Below, piece after piece: positions 32,652-42,000 of a DNA stretch of 64,000 nucleotides (positions are counted from its first letter, which is position 1; each line of letters begins with the position of its first letter). This DNA comes from Ignavibacteriales bacterium (lineage in GTDB: Bacteria; Bacteroidota; Ignavibacteria; UBA10030; SZUA-254), in contig JACRFD010000070.1 of the NCBI GenBank assembly GCA_016218025.1, forward strand, positions 2,745 through 66,744. Direction: 5' to 3'. Below the pieces are notes generated by a model, which ran no database searches, had not been told where the DNA came from, and worked only from the letters and a program-made list of their open reading frames with translations. The translations under genes were made by a program, and so were the position numbers.

Positions 32652-33038
32652 GTGGTAATAATTTACATCTTATTAGGCATTGTAATTCTTTTTATATCAA
32701 TGCAATTATTCATCCGATTTCAATCTAAATTTAAAAAAGACAAAGATGTAAAAACTCTGACAGGGTATATTGGAGATGCGGTTAGACATGGTGGAAAAGT
32801 ATTGCTCTATTTTTATTCTTCCTCTTGTGGCGCCTGCCGCCAACAAACCCCGGTTATAGATGGCCTTCCTAAAAACCATACTACAATTTTCAAAGTAGAT
32901 GTCTCTAAAGACGCAAAAACTGCTATGGCACTTGGCGTACTTGGAACTCCATCCACAGTAATAATTGAAAATGGTTTGATAAAGGAATTTTTTCTGGGAT
33001 ACATTAATCGAGATAAGATATTAAAATATATTCAATGA
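32652..33038 (+). CDS. Membrane-anchored thioredoxin-fold protein (CGAC active site)
   Basis: N-terminal TM helix and 'LLYFYSSSCGACRQ'. The GTG start lies 1 nt after the upstream stop. Confidence 0.65.
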   Translation: MVIIYILLGIVILFISMQLFIRFQSKFKKDKDVKTLTGYIGDAVRHGGKVLLYFYSSSCGACRQQTPVIDGLPKNHTTIFKVDVSKDAKTAMALGVLGTPSTVIIENGLIKEFFLGYINRDKILKYIQ

Positions 33039-33192
33039 TAGATTTAAGCCATTGAAATATAACTGATATCTATTCCATATATAATCTCCTTTCCATGTAT
33101 CTATTTCAAAAAACATTATAAGAGTTGATTGTCCGATTAGTGTTTCATATATTGATGATAAATCATTTATGAAAATTATTTTGGAGTAACTA

Positions 33193-34611
33193 ATGCCCAG
33201 TTCTGATGAGATAATTTCGAGAGCGCGACATGCCGCTTTGGCTCTTAAAAAATTAGACCAAAAGAAAACCGACCACATTGTTCGTGCAGTTTACCTCGAA
33301 GCTATGAATAATCGTGTCAGATTAGCGAAGATGGCAGCGCAGGAAACAAATTTGGGTGTATGGGAGCATAAGGTTATCAAGAATATTATTGCAAGTCAAT
33401 TGGTTTACGAAAATATCAAAAACCAAAAAACAGTTGGAGTAATATCTGAAGATTCATACACCGGGATAATCGAGATGGCTCAACCAATCGGTCCTATTTT
33501 GGGATTAGTACCGGTTATCAATCCAACATCGACTACAATTTTCAAAATACTCATTTCATTAAAGACGCGTAACCCAATCATAATCAGTTCAGCAACTGCG
33601 GCTAAAGAGTCGGTAGCTGAAACGGCTTCCGTTTGTTACAACGCCGCGTTGAATGCCGGCGCGCCCGAACATTCAATACAATGGCTCCGCAAGCCCAATC
33701 TTTTAGTTACTAAAGAATTGATGAGCCATCGTGGCTTAGCCTTAATACTTGCAACGGGTACCGGCGATCTGGTTAAAGCAAGTTACAGTTCAGGAACTCC
33801 CACTATTGGAGTTGGCGCAGGCAATGTTCCTGTTTACATTGGAGCAAGCGCTGATATACCATTTGCCGTATCAAGCATATTATATTCTAAGACTTTTGAT
33901 AACGGATCAATCTGCGCCAGCGAACAGGCAGTTGTTGTTAAGAAACGACTTGCAGATAAGGTAATCGAAGAATTTGAAAAGCAAAAAGGATATTTCCTTT
34001 CAAAAGATGAAATTGCCAAGGTAAGCAGAATAGCTTACGACAAAGAACGTGGGTTGATGTCGCCAATGGTTGTGGGACAATCAGTCCAACGGATTGCTGA
34101 AATGGCTGAGATAACGATTCCACATGACACTAAGGTTTTAATAGCCCAGCTCGATAAAGTATCGCGCGATTGTCCGCTATCCGCTGAAATATTAGCACCG
34201 ATCTTAGCATTTTATGTTGAAGAAGATTTTGAATCGTCTATCGAGCGATGTATGGAGATTACACGATTCGGGGGTATTGGACATACTGCTGTAATCTATT
34301 CAAACAATCCGGAACGAATCGAATATTTTTCTAACGCATTAGATACTGCGAGAATTCTTGTCAATACTCCATCAACACACGGAGCATTGGGAGGAATGTA
34401 TAACTCTTTGCCTCCCTCCTTCACGTTGAGCTGTGGATCCGGTGGAAAGAACAGCACAACAGATAATATCACCACCCGGCATCTTCTCAACATTCATCGC
34501 ATATGCCGACGAAGAATTAACCAGCGATGGTTCAATATCGATCAAGACAAATGTATAGATGAATCTGTCTCTGCGGAAATGATGGAAAGAGAATTCAATA
34601 AAAACTCTTAA
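33193..34611 (+). CDS. Acylating (CoA-dependent) aldehyde dehydrogenase, EutE/AdhE-N-terminal type
   Basis: The ALDH fold carries the catalytic Cys in 'FDNGSICASEQ'. N-terminal 'ARHAALALKKLDQKKTDHIV' and 'VINPTSTTIFK' resemble the ALDH half of AdhE. There is no ADH domain. Confidence 0.75.
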   Translation: MPSSDEIISRARHAALALKKLDQKKTDHIVRAVYLEAMNNRVRLAKMAAQETNLGVWEHKVIKNIIASQLVYENIKNQKTVGVISEDSYTGIIEMAQPIGPILGLVPVINPTSTTIFKILISLKTRNPIIISSATAAKESVAETASVCYNAALNAGAPEHSIQWLRKPNLLVTKELMSHRGLALILATGTGDLVKASYSSGTPTIGVGAGNVPVYIGASADIPFAVSSILYSKTFDNGSICASEQAVVVKKRLADKVIEEFEKQKGYFLSKDEIAKVSRIAYDKERGLMSPMVVGQSVQRIAEMAEITIPHDTKVLIAQLDKVSRDCPLSAEILAPILAFYVEEDFESSIERCMEITRFGGIGHTAVIYSNNPERIEYFSNALDTARILVNTPSTHGALGGMYNSLPPSFTLSCGSGGKNSTTDNITTRHLLNIHRICRRRINQRWFNIDQDKCIDESVSAEMMEREFNKNS

Positions 34612-34673
34612 GTGTGATGATAGTTGATGTTGTGATAATAAGTTAAAATCAATTACAGAGTTCAATGATAGAT

Positions 34674-34720
34674 GATCCCCGACTTTTGTCTATAAATTAT
34701 CCTGGTAGAAGTCGGGGGTC
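34674..34720. repeat. Hairpin just past the stop of the SBBP gene, homologous to 38998-39046
   Basis: GATCCCCGACTTTT ... AGAAGTCGGGGGTC forms a 14-bp stem with two G-T positions. The flank AGAAGTCGGGGGTCTAATCTGGCTTATTTCATC parallels AGAAGTCGGAGGTCTGATTTAGCTTTTACTTCATC at 39032. Confidence 0.7.
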
Positions 34721-34729
34721 TAATCTGGC

Positions 34730-37700
34730 TTATTTCATCAAAATCAATTTCTTCACATCAGTAAATCTCTGTCCTGAGCTTGTCGAAGGATTGTCTGCGT
34801 TTAAGCGATACATATAAACGCCGCTCGGTAACGAATTAGCGTTCCATTCCACCGACTTGTTTCCTGCATCCTGATATTCGTTAACCAATGTCTTCACTTC
34901 TTGCCCAAGCAGGTTGTAGATCTTCAATGTTACTCTACAATCAACAGGCAACGAATAACTAATAACAGTCGTTGGATTGAATGGATTAGGATAATTCTGG
35001 TGCAAAACAAATTCTTTCGGAATCTCAATTTGGGTATCTGCAGATAATCGGAGGTTGATGGTAGAATTTTCATTCACGATAACCGCTGAACCGGTACCCA
35101 CCATTCTTATTTCTCGTCCATCAACAATCAATGAAGCAGATTTTACAGCTTCGCTTACTTCCCACCTTATTGTTACAGGATATTCTGCTGAGTTTATTTG
35201 GATTGGTATATCGTTATACTTGACATCTTCCGTTACTGCAACCATATTCCCTGTCGCAAATCGTACATCATACATTCCTTCCGGTGGCACCGGTGGTAAT
35301 ACGTGTCGATTTTCATCAACATTTTCTCCCGAACCGAAATATAGTTTACCCTCGTTCAGTTTAGTATCTGTTATCGTCAAACTGTTCATACCATCAAGTG
35401 AATTTCTTGAGGATAATCCTTTCGAGAATGAACTGCCGGCACTATAAGAAAGTATCAACTTGCCTGATGCATTTGTCTTTACCCAATACGCATGCATCGG
35501 CTTCAATGTATCTGTTATCTCATAACTTGTGGTGTACCCGAAAAATTCAGAAACAACAATACCTACCGGTATTGAATTCACCGATGCGGATGTTATTGGA
35601 TAGCTAATCGACCCTATCATGTTCCATCCTGTATTTACTGATATTTCAAAATTATCAATATCATCACCGCCGATTATCACTTCCTGAGCATCCGGAAACT
35701 TCATCCAGTATCCTTCGCCAAAATTAAGTTCTGTTCGTTCGATATATGTGCCTTGATAAGCAAATGCATCAGATATAGATGTTGGGAAATGTTTTTCTTT
35801 GTTTGCAGAATCCGGATCCAGAGGTAATGAGACCATATTCCATTTTGCCTGAACAGTATCGGCAAAATATGGACCGCGGAATAATTTCAAGTCTGATTCA
35901 GCTATGGACACCGATGATAATCCTCGTGCTGCTTTCATTATACCGGATAATTCGCCCGGATCGTAACGGAGACTAACCTGTGCACTATAATTTTCTCCGC
36001 ACTCAGGATGAACAGCGTACATACGGTTTAACGGTTCTATCTTACAGTATAAACTATTTGCGAGTGAGTTGATAATCTTTGGACGGGGAATACCGAAGGG
36101 CCATTTCGAGAACTTTTTTGCTGAATCAATCACAATCGTGTTCTTCAATGTATCGATCCTGCCACCTAACGAATCCCAATAAAAATTTCCAGTCATTTGG
36201 TTTGACAATACAGTCATTGAAACAGCGCATGGGTTTGTGCCTTCACCCGAAAACTTGATGTATGAACCGGGACTCTCAAATCTGTACGTGCCTGTTTCTC
36301 CCAGTTTAATATTTCGTTTAATTGTTCCTTGTGTCACTATACCGGTATCAGATATGGCGCTTGTATCGTTGTTCTCGACAAGTATTGTATCCTGTTCACG
36401 TGTGCTAATTCCTTTTGGCAGGATCATCTGATTCTTTACCGTGAAGTTGCCGATGACACTTGTGCTGTCGCCTGTAATTTCTATTTTATAAAAAGTGTTA
36501 ACACCACCATCTGAGGCAATCACCTTTGGTTGATCACCTGCAAATGTAATTATTGAATGTCCCGGATCGAGCGTACCTCTGTTCACCCAATCTTTGAAAC
36601 ATTTTATTCCTGTTGTATCTGAGGTTTCAGGAAATTGTAAATTTGCACCATCATCTATTTGAAGAGTACGCAAGACATTCAGTTTGCTTACAGTTGGTGA
36701 AAATTGTAGAGTCCCTCCGCTCTCGATGCGGATTGCCCTAACAGAATCTTGTGGGAGTGAATCGATTGTAACAACAACACCTGTTGGAATTGAAACAAAT
36801 TTATCGGAACTTGGAGGTATTCCACCTGTCCAGCTTAAACTATCCGACCAATTACCAGTTGAATCTCCGGTATATCGATAGGCATATGTGTTGCCAAAAT
36901 CTTTGTCTGTGAGTGAAACACTTCCTGAAACTGTGACTGTGTATGTTCCTAGCCCAGTTGGATAGGTCAATATCCAGTTTGTATCTTGGACTTCACTGAT
37001 AGTGTAAATTCCTGGATTAATGACTGAAAAATTATAGTGACCTCCAGAGTCTGTTATTTTTGAATCTATAGTTGCGCCAATTGAATTTTTTAAAAGTATA
37101 TTCCACCCCGTTAGTGTAGAATCTGCTCCATCGAATATACCATTCCCATCAATATCATGGAAGACCAAGCCGCTAATACTTGCAAGATTAGCTGTATTAT
37201 TAAGTTTTGCAATGAACATATCATTGTCGCCGTTGTTTACCAGTGTGGTTGTTCCCAAAGTCAGGGTGGGACTCATGAACAGACCCGAAACATAGCAGCT
37301 ACTATCATTTATCGCAATGTCATATGCTTCTTCATTACCTGTTCCACCGGCGCTTTTTGCCCAAACCACATTTCCATCCTGATCATATTTAATAATAAAA
37401 AAATCATACCCTCCGTTATTCGTTAAAGTCGTTGAATCTAAGGTAAGGGTAGATCCGTTAAAGGTCCCTAAAATATAAATATTATTGTTATGATCAATAG
37501 TCATACCATTGCAGGATTCATCAAAAGTTCCTCCAGCACTTTTTGCCCAGATGACATCTCCATTCCCATTATATTTCACAACAAAGAAATCAGAACTTCC
37601 CGCATTATTATTGGTTAATGTCGTTGTACCGAAAGTGATGGTAGGACTGCTAAAAGAACCGGAAACGAGACAATTGCCATTACTATCCAAGCCTATGCCA

Positions 37701-38581
37701 CTCCCTATGTCACTGCCAGTTCCTCCTGGGTTTTTAGCCCACAGGACGTTTCCGTTTGAATCATATTTAACAATAAACATATCATGCATCCCACCTTTAT
37801 TTGTTAATGTCGTCGTCCCAAAGGATATGGTTGGACTTTGAAAATATCCTGTATAATAACAGTTACCGTTTGTATCGACAGCCATTGCTATCGGTTGTTC
37901 ATAGCCACCCCCACCTCCTTTTTTAGCCCATTTGACATTTCCATTTGCATCGTATCTTACGAGATACATATCATAGGCGCCAGAGTTCAACAAGGTCGTT
38001 GTACCAAATGTAATGGTAGAACTTTCAAAGATCCCCGTCGAATAAACGCCGCCACTCTTATCTGCTGAGACCCAACAACCCTGATTGCGCCCATATGCCT
38101 GAGCTGTTCTTACCCAGATTATCTTTCCATCCGCATTATACTTGGCAACAAAAACATCCCAATAATTATTACCTGTCGTTCGTGTAATTGTGTCAAGGGT
38201 AATTGTGGAGACATAAAAATTTCCCCCAACGTAATAATTTCCGTAATTATCTTCCGCTATATCGTTACCTTCACATGCTAATGCAACAGCACTCCTTACC
38301 CATAGCACATTTCCGCTTGAGTCGTATTTCACAAAACACATCGTTGGAGTATCCCCGTGATTTTGACTAAGAACAGTAGTTGTGTCGAAGGTAACCGACT
38401 GACTTCTAAAACTTCCAACGACATAACTGTTACCGCTGTCATCCAAAACATTGTGCTGGAAATTGTCATTACCTGTCCCCCCAGCGCTTTTTGCCCACTG
38501 CCAACTCGGGGCTTGTGCCTGTGCATATGCAAAGCTCAAAGCAAAAATATAAGCGAAAGTAAAAAAGTATAACTGTTTCAT
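34730..38581 (-). CDS. Secreted SBBP beta-propeller-repeat protein with an SdrD-B-like domain and a T9SS C-terminal sorting domain
   Basis: Signal peptide 'MKQLYFFTFAYIFALSFAYAQA'. About 9 repeats of 'GNVxWAKSAGGTGxD...GNxYVxGxFxSxTxTFGTTTL' (SBBP-type). 'ISGLVFHDIDGNGIFDG' (SdrD B-like). Terminal 'NYPNPFNPTTVISYSLP...LILMK' (T9SS CTD). Confidence 0.85.
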   Translation of the reverse strand: MKQLYFFTFAYIFALSFAYAQAQAPSWQWAKSAGGTGNDNFQHNVLDDSGNSYVVGSFRSQSVTFDTTTVLSQNHGDTPTMCFVKYDSSGNVLWVRSAVALACEGNDIAEDNYGNYYVGGNFYVSTITLDTITRTTGNNYWDVFVAKYNADGKIIWVRTAQAYGRNQGCWVSADKSGGVYSTGIFESSTITFGTTTLLNSGAYDMYLVRYDANGNVKWAKKGGGGGYEQPIAMAVDTNGNCYYTGYFQSPTISFGTTTLTNKGGMHDMFIVKYDSNGNVLWAKNPGGTGSDIGSGIGLDSNGNCLVSGSFSSPTITFGTTTLTNNNAGSSDFFVVKYNGNGDVIWAKSAGGTFDESCNGMTIDHNNNIYILGTFNGSTLTLDSTTLTNNGGYDFFIIKYDQDGNVVWAKSAGGTGNEEAYDIAINDSSCYVSGLFMSPTLTLGTTTLVNNGDNDMFIAKLNNTANLASISGLVFHDIDGNGIFDGADSTLTGWNILLKNSIGATIDSKITDSGGHYNFSVINPGIYTISEVQDTNWILTYPTGLGTYTVTVSGSVSLTDKDFGNTYAYRYTGDSTGNWSDSLSWTGGIPPSSDKFVSIPTGVVVTIDSLPQDSVRAIRIESGGTLQFSPTVSKLNVLRTLQIDDGANLQFPETSDTTGIKCFKDWVNRGTLDPGHSIITFAGDQPKVIASDGGVNTFYKIEITGDSTSVIGNFTVKNQMILPKGISTREQDTILVENNDTSAISDTGIVTQGTIKRNIKLGETGTYRFESPGSYIKFSGEGTNPCAVSMTVLSNQMTGNFYWDSLGGRIDTLKNTIVIDSAKKFSKWPFGIPRPKIINSLANSLYCKIEPLNRMYAVHPECGENYSAQVSLRYDPGELSGIMKAARGLSSVSIAESDLKLFRGPYFADTVQAKWNMVSLPLDPDSANKEKHFPTSISDAFAYQGTYIERTELNFGEGYWMKFPDAQEVIIGGDDIDNFEISVNTGWNMIGSISYPITSASVNSIPVGIVVSEFFGYTTSYEITDTLKPMHAYWVKTNASGKLILSYSAGSSFSKGLSSRNSLDGMNSLTITDTKLNEGKLYFGSGENVDENRHVLPPVPPEGMYDVRFATGNMVAVTEDVKYNDIPIQINSAEYPVTIRWEVSEAVKSASLIVDGREIRMVGTGSAVIVNENSTINLRLSADTQIEIPKEFVLHQNYPNPFNPTTVISYSLPVDCRVTLKIYNLLGQEVKTLVNEYQDAGNKSVEWNANSLPSGVYMYRLNADNPSTSSGQRFTDVKKLILMK

Positions 38582-38690
38582 AAAGTTAGCCTGATATGTT
38601 ATTATTATGTACGTATTTTTTTATATGTTTGTTATTGAGCTGATGTTTCATTTTTAACAATTCTCTATTTCAAAACAGGCAGTATAGTTA

Positions 38691-38822
38691 TCAATTCCCA
38701 CACTCATCATTCGCATCACCATTAAATGGATACCATGTCACCAATCCGTTTGTTGGTGTTTATGGAAATGAAACGATTGTTCTCGTAGATAATAAACAAA
38801 TTAATACCAATATTATTTTCAT
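38691..38822 (-). pseudogene. Remnant of a small LamG-type secreted protein gene
   Basis: The minus strand reads 'MKIILVLICLLSTRTIVSFP*TPTNGLVTWYPFNGDANDECGN*'. That is a signal peptide, an in-frame TAA, the hallmark start of a Laminin_G_3 domain (compare 'LVAYYPFNGNAGDVSGNGN' in the giant gene), then truncation. Confidence 0.55.
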
Positions 38823-38997
38823 ACGAATTCTTCTTCCAGAAAAAATGAATAACTTATTCATTGAAGCATTGTGTCATTTTCTAATTGAATCATGGCTCAT
38901 TGAATCTTTCCATATTTGAATCTCAGCCAGTGGCTGATGCGCCTTTGGCGCAAATGATAAAATGAACCAACAATCTGCGGCTCACTTCCGACGGGTA

Positions 38998-39046
38998 AGA
39001 CCTCCGACTTCTTTCTAAGCTATACCGAAATAGAAGTCGGAGGTCT
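38998..39046. repeat. Perfect 15-bp-stem hairpin 10 nt past the stop of the giant gene
   Basis: AGACCTCCGACTTCT, a 19-nt loop, then AGAAGTCGGAGGTCT. It is homologous to 34674-34720, with a paired substitution (CTCC/GGAG versus CCCC/GGGG). Confidence 0.75.
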
Positions 39047-39056
39047 GATTTAGCTT

Positions 39057-42000
39057 TTACTTCATCAAAATCAATTTCTTCACATCAGAATACTTCTCTG
39101 CGTTTAAGCGATACATATAAACGCCGCTCGGTAACGAATTAGCGTTCCACTCCACCGACTTGTTCCCTGCATCCTGATATTCGTTTACCAATGTCTTTAC
39201 TTCCTGTCCAAGCAAGTTGTAGATCTTCAATGTTACTCTACAATCAACAGGCAACGAATAACTAATAACTGTTGTTGGGTTGAATGGATTAGGATAATTT
39301 TGATTCAATTTGAATTCGCTCGGAATTACATTATCTATATTCTTCTCATCCGGATGTGGTGGCGGTAATTCGGATGTTGGAATTATATTTATTTTGCTGC
39401 CGAATGATAAAATCTCACCTTCAGCAAGGATTAACTTGCCTGGTTGATCGACTTTAACCCAATAACCACGACCCGGTTTCAACGTGTCAACCTGCCTGTA
39501 TTGTCCATCGAAATCAAAAAATCCGGAAGTAGTCATTTGTGGTGGAATTGATATAATATTATTAACCGGAACCGGTGTGTAGATTGTCCCTATCAGATTC
39601 CATCCTACAAAATTAATTTCAATCGTGTCGATCAAAATTGGCGACCCGCTGATTGTAACATTTTCGGAATTATTGTATTTAATCCAATAACCAACACCGG
39701 GATATAAGAATTCTTTGTTCACATATCTTCCTTCATAAGCGAAAGCACTTGTATTAGAATTTCCGAAAATGGATGTTTTTTGATTATCTCTGACTCTAAC
39801 AGGTAAAGAGATTATGTTCCAACCGGCTGTTATTGACTTTTCAACCTCTGTATGCAGTGATCTGAAAAGTGAAAGTGAATCTTCCCTAACACCAAATGGA
39901 ATTTCTGTCTGTTCATAACGAAGCGATAAATTGGAACAGAAATTACTCCCACCAAAGGCTTCGATAGTGTACAGCCTATTTACTAACGGATTATTATTAA
40001 CAATCCGTGGTCGTGGAATTCCAAATCGCCATTTTGAAAATTTATTCACACAATTTGCACTAACAATATTCTTAGCAGTATCAATATAACTCTGGATTGT
40101 TTCCCATAACTCGTCGGGATCAGTTAATGATGAATCTATTAATGTCGATACCATAATTTTTGAGGGATAAATACCTGTGCCATCAAATTTAATGGAACTG
40201 CTTTTACTTTCGAACCTGTATATGCTCGTATCACCTTCAGCAATATTTCGGATAATCGTTCCTTCCTTTATTACTCCATCCCCAATCAGAGCATCTGATC
40301 TGTTTTTAAGAATAATTAATGTGTCTGTTTGCCGTTGCTCCAGATCCTTATCAAGCGTAATTAAATTGTTGACAGTGAGATTACCGGCTGTTCCGGTATT
40401 TTCACCTAATATTTCAAGATTATAAAATGTAGAACTGTGTATCAGCTTCGGATTGTCTCCTACAAATATTACTCTTGATTTTCCAGGAATAATCGTATTA
40501 TGATTAATAAAATCACCGAAGCAAACCATTCCGCTGTTCTCACTTTCGGGGAACTCGATTGTACCGTCGTTGTGAACTTGCAAGTATGTTTTTAATATGC
40601 CTACGGTGGAGTCAAATTTCAGTTTCCCTCTCCAGTTGATCTCGAGTGCGGCAATTGTATCGAATGGCAGTGAATCAACAAAGACAGTTACATTCTCAGG
40701 TACTTTAACAAAAGCAGTTGGTCCGGGGACTTTACTTCCCGACCAATTGCCCGGATTAGACCAGTTACTTCCGGATTGACCAACGAATGTATAACCAAAT
40801 CCTGTAAATGCTCTGTTACCAAAATTTACACCTGTGATGGCTGTATCGATTGATATTTTAATATCGAGAGGTTTTGGTGTTGTTTGAACCCAGCCGCCCT
40901 GCATTACCTGACGAATTCTGTAAGTACCAAATCCAAGATTCGAAAATTGATAATTACCATAGAAATCAGTCGAAGTATATCTTTCGCCTAACTCTAAAGT
41001 ATCGTTGCTATTTAGATCGATGAAAACCGCATAGCCGATTATTCCGACTTCACTGGAATCTTGAATACCGTTTCCATTTATGTCGTTATATATTAAACCT
41101 GATATGGAACTACCTCCGGGTGAATTGGATAGCCAATCTTTGTAAACCACGAACCCTTTAGTGGGATCATCAAACGAATCATGAATTTTATCAATATTCG
41201 ATGGATAAGGAAGTGTGCTCATTCGTTTAGTGGTTGAGTCTCCCCACCAATTGAACCGAGCGGCTATATTTTTTTCCGTTTCATTCCATAATGAATATTT
41301 ATTAGTTTCTAATAAAGTGTTATTGGTTACAATAGGCATAGTACCAGAGCCACCTACAAATAATCCGACAGAGTCATTTTCTGACAAAGAATTTAAATCG
41401 ATAGTCATCGGACAAAAGTAGTCGTTTAAATTGATTGACAAACCGGTCTCTATGTTTTTAGTTAATATGTTACCCTCAATGTTCGTTGATATGGTACTAT
41501 TCAAGCAAGCTCCCTCCCATTGGAAACCTATACGGTTATTATTAGCCTGATTTCTCGACAAGATAACCTGCTCAAATCCTGAAACTACAAGATTGATTCC
41601 TACATCAAAATTTTGTACAAGATTGCTGCTTAGTATAAAGCTGCTACCAGAGGTTTCATTAAATGGATAAACAGCTATACCTTCTTCTCCTATAATTGTA
41701 TTAGAAGATTTTATACTATTTTTTTGGAGTGAATATACAGCTAAGGGTTGCATTGTTTGCACTACTGCTTTTACACTATTATTCATAATGTCAAATTTGA
41801 GTGGTTCATAAATTTCTCCCAGCCAAAGACCGGTTCCACCGTAAATTTGAATGTCGTTTGACCTTATTTTAAATTCTCCACCGGGATGGAATTGTATTAC
41901 GTCTATCCATAAACCAATACCAAGCGTATTTTTTATAACGTTCCGCTCAATATCTACATTCTTCACTTCTTCCCAATAACCAAGATAAATGCCAGCATCG

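Noticed and set aside
35055-38572. Multiple 60-130-aa plus-strand ORFs inside the SBBP gene, and similar ORFs inside the giant gene (40177-51580)
   Set aside because: All are antisense or out-of-frame shadows within long, motif-rich minus-strand ORFs. None has its own start context or recognisable domains.
38900-38997. GC-rich segment 'CAGCCAGTGGCTGATGCGCCTTTGGCGCAAATG' and 'GGCTCACTTCCGACGGG' between the two large genes as a further repeat element
   Set aside because: It has only short imperfect symmetry (TGCGCC/GGCGCA), and I found no second copy in the window. It may be part of the decayed gene remnant. The evidence is insufficient to call it a feature.
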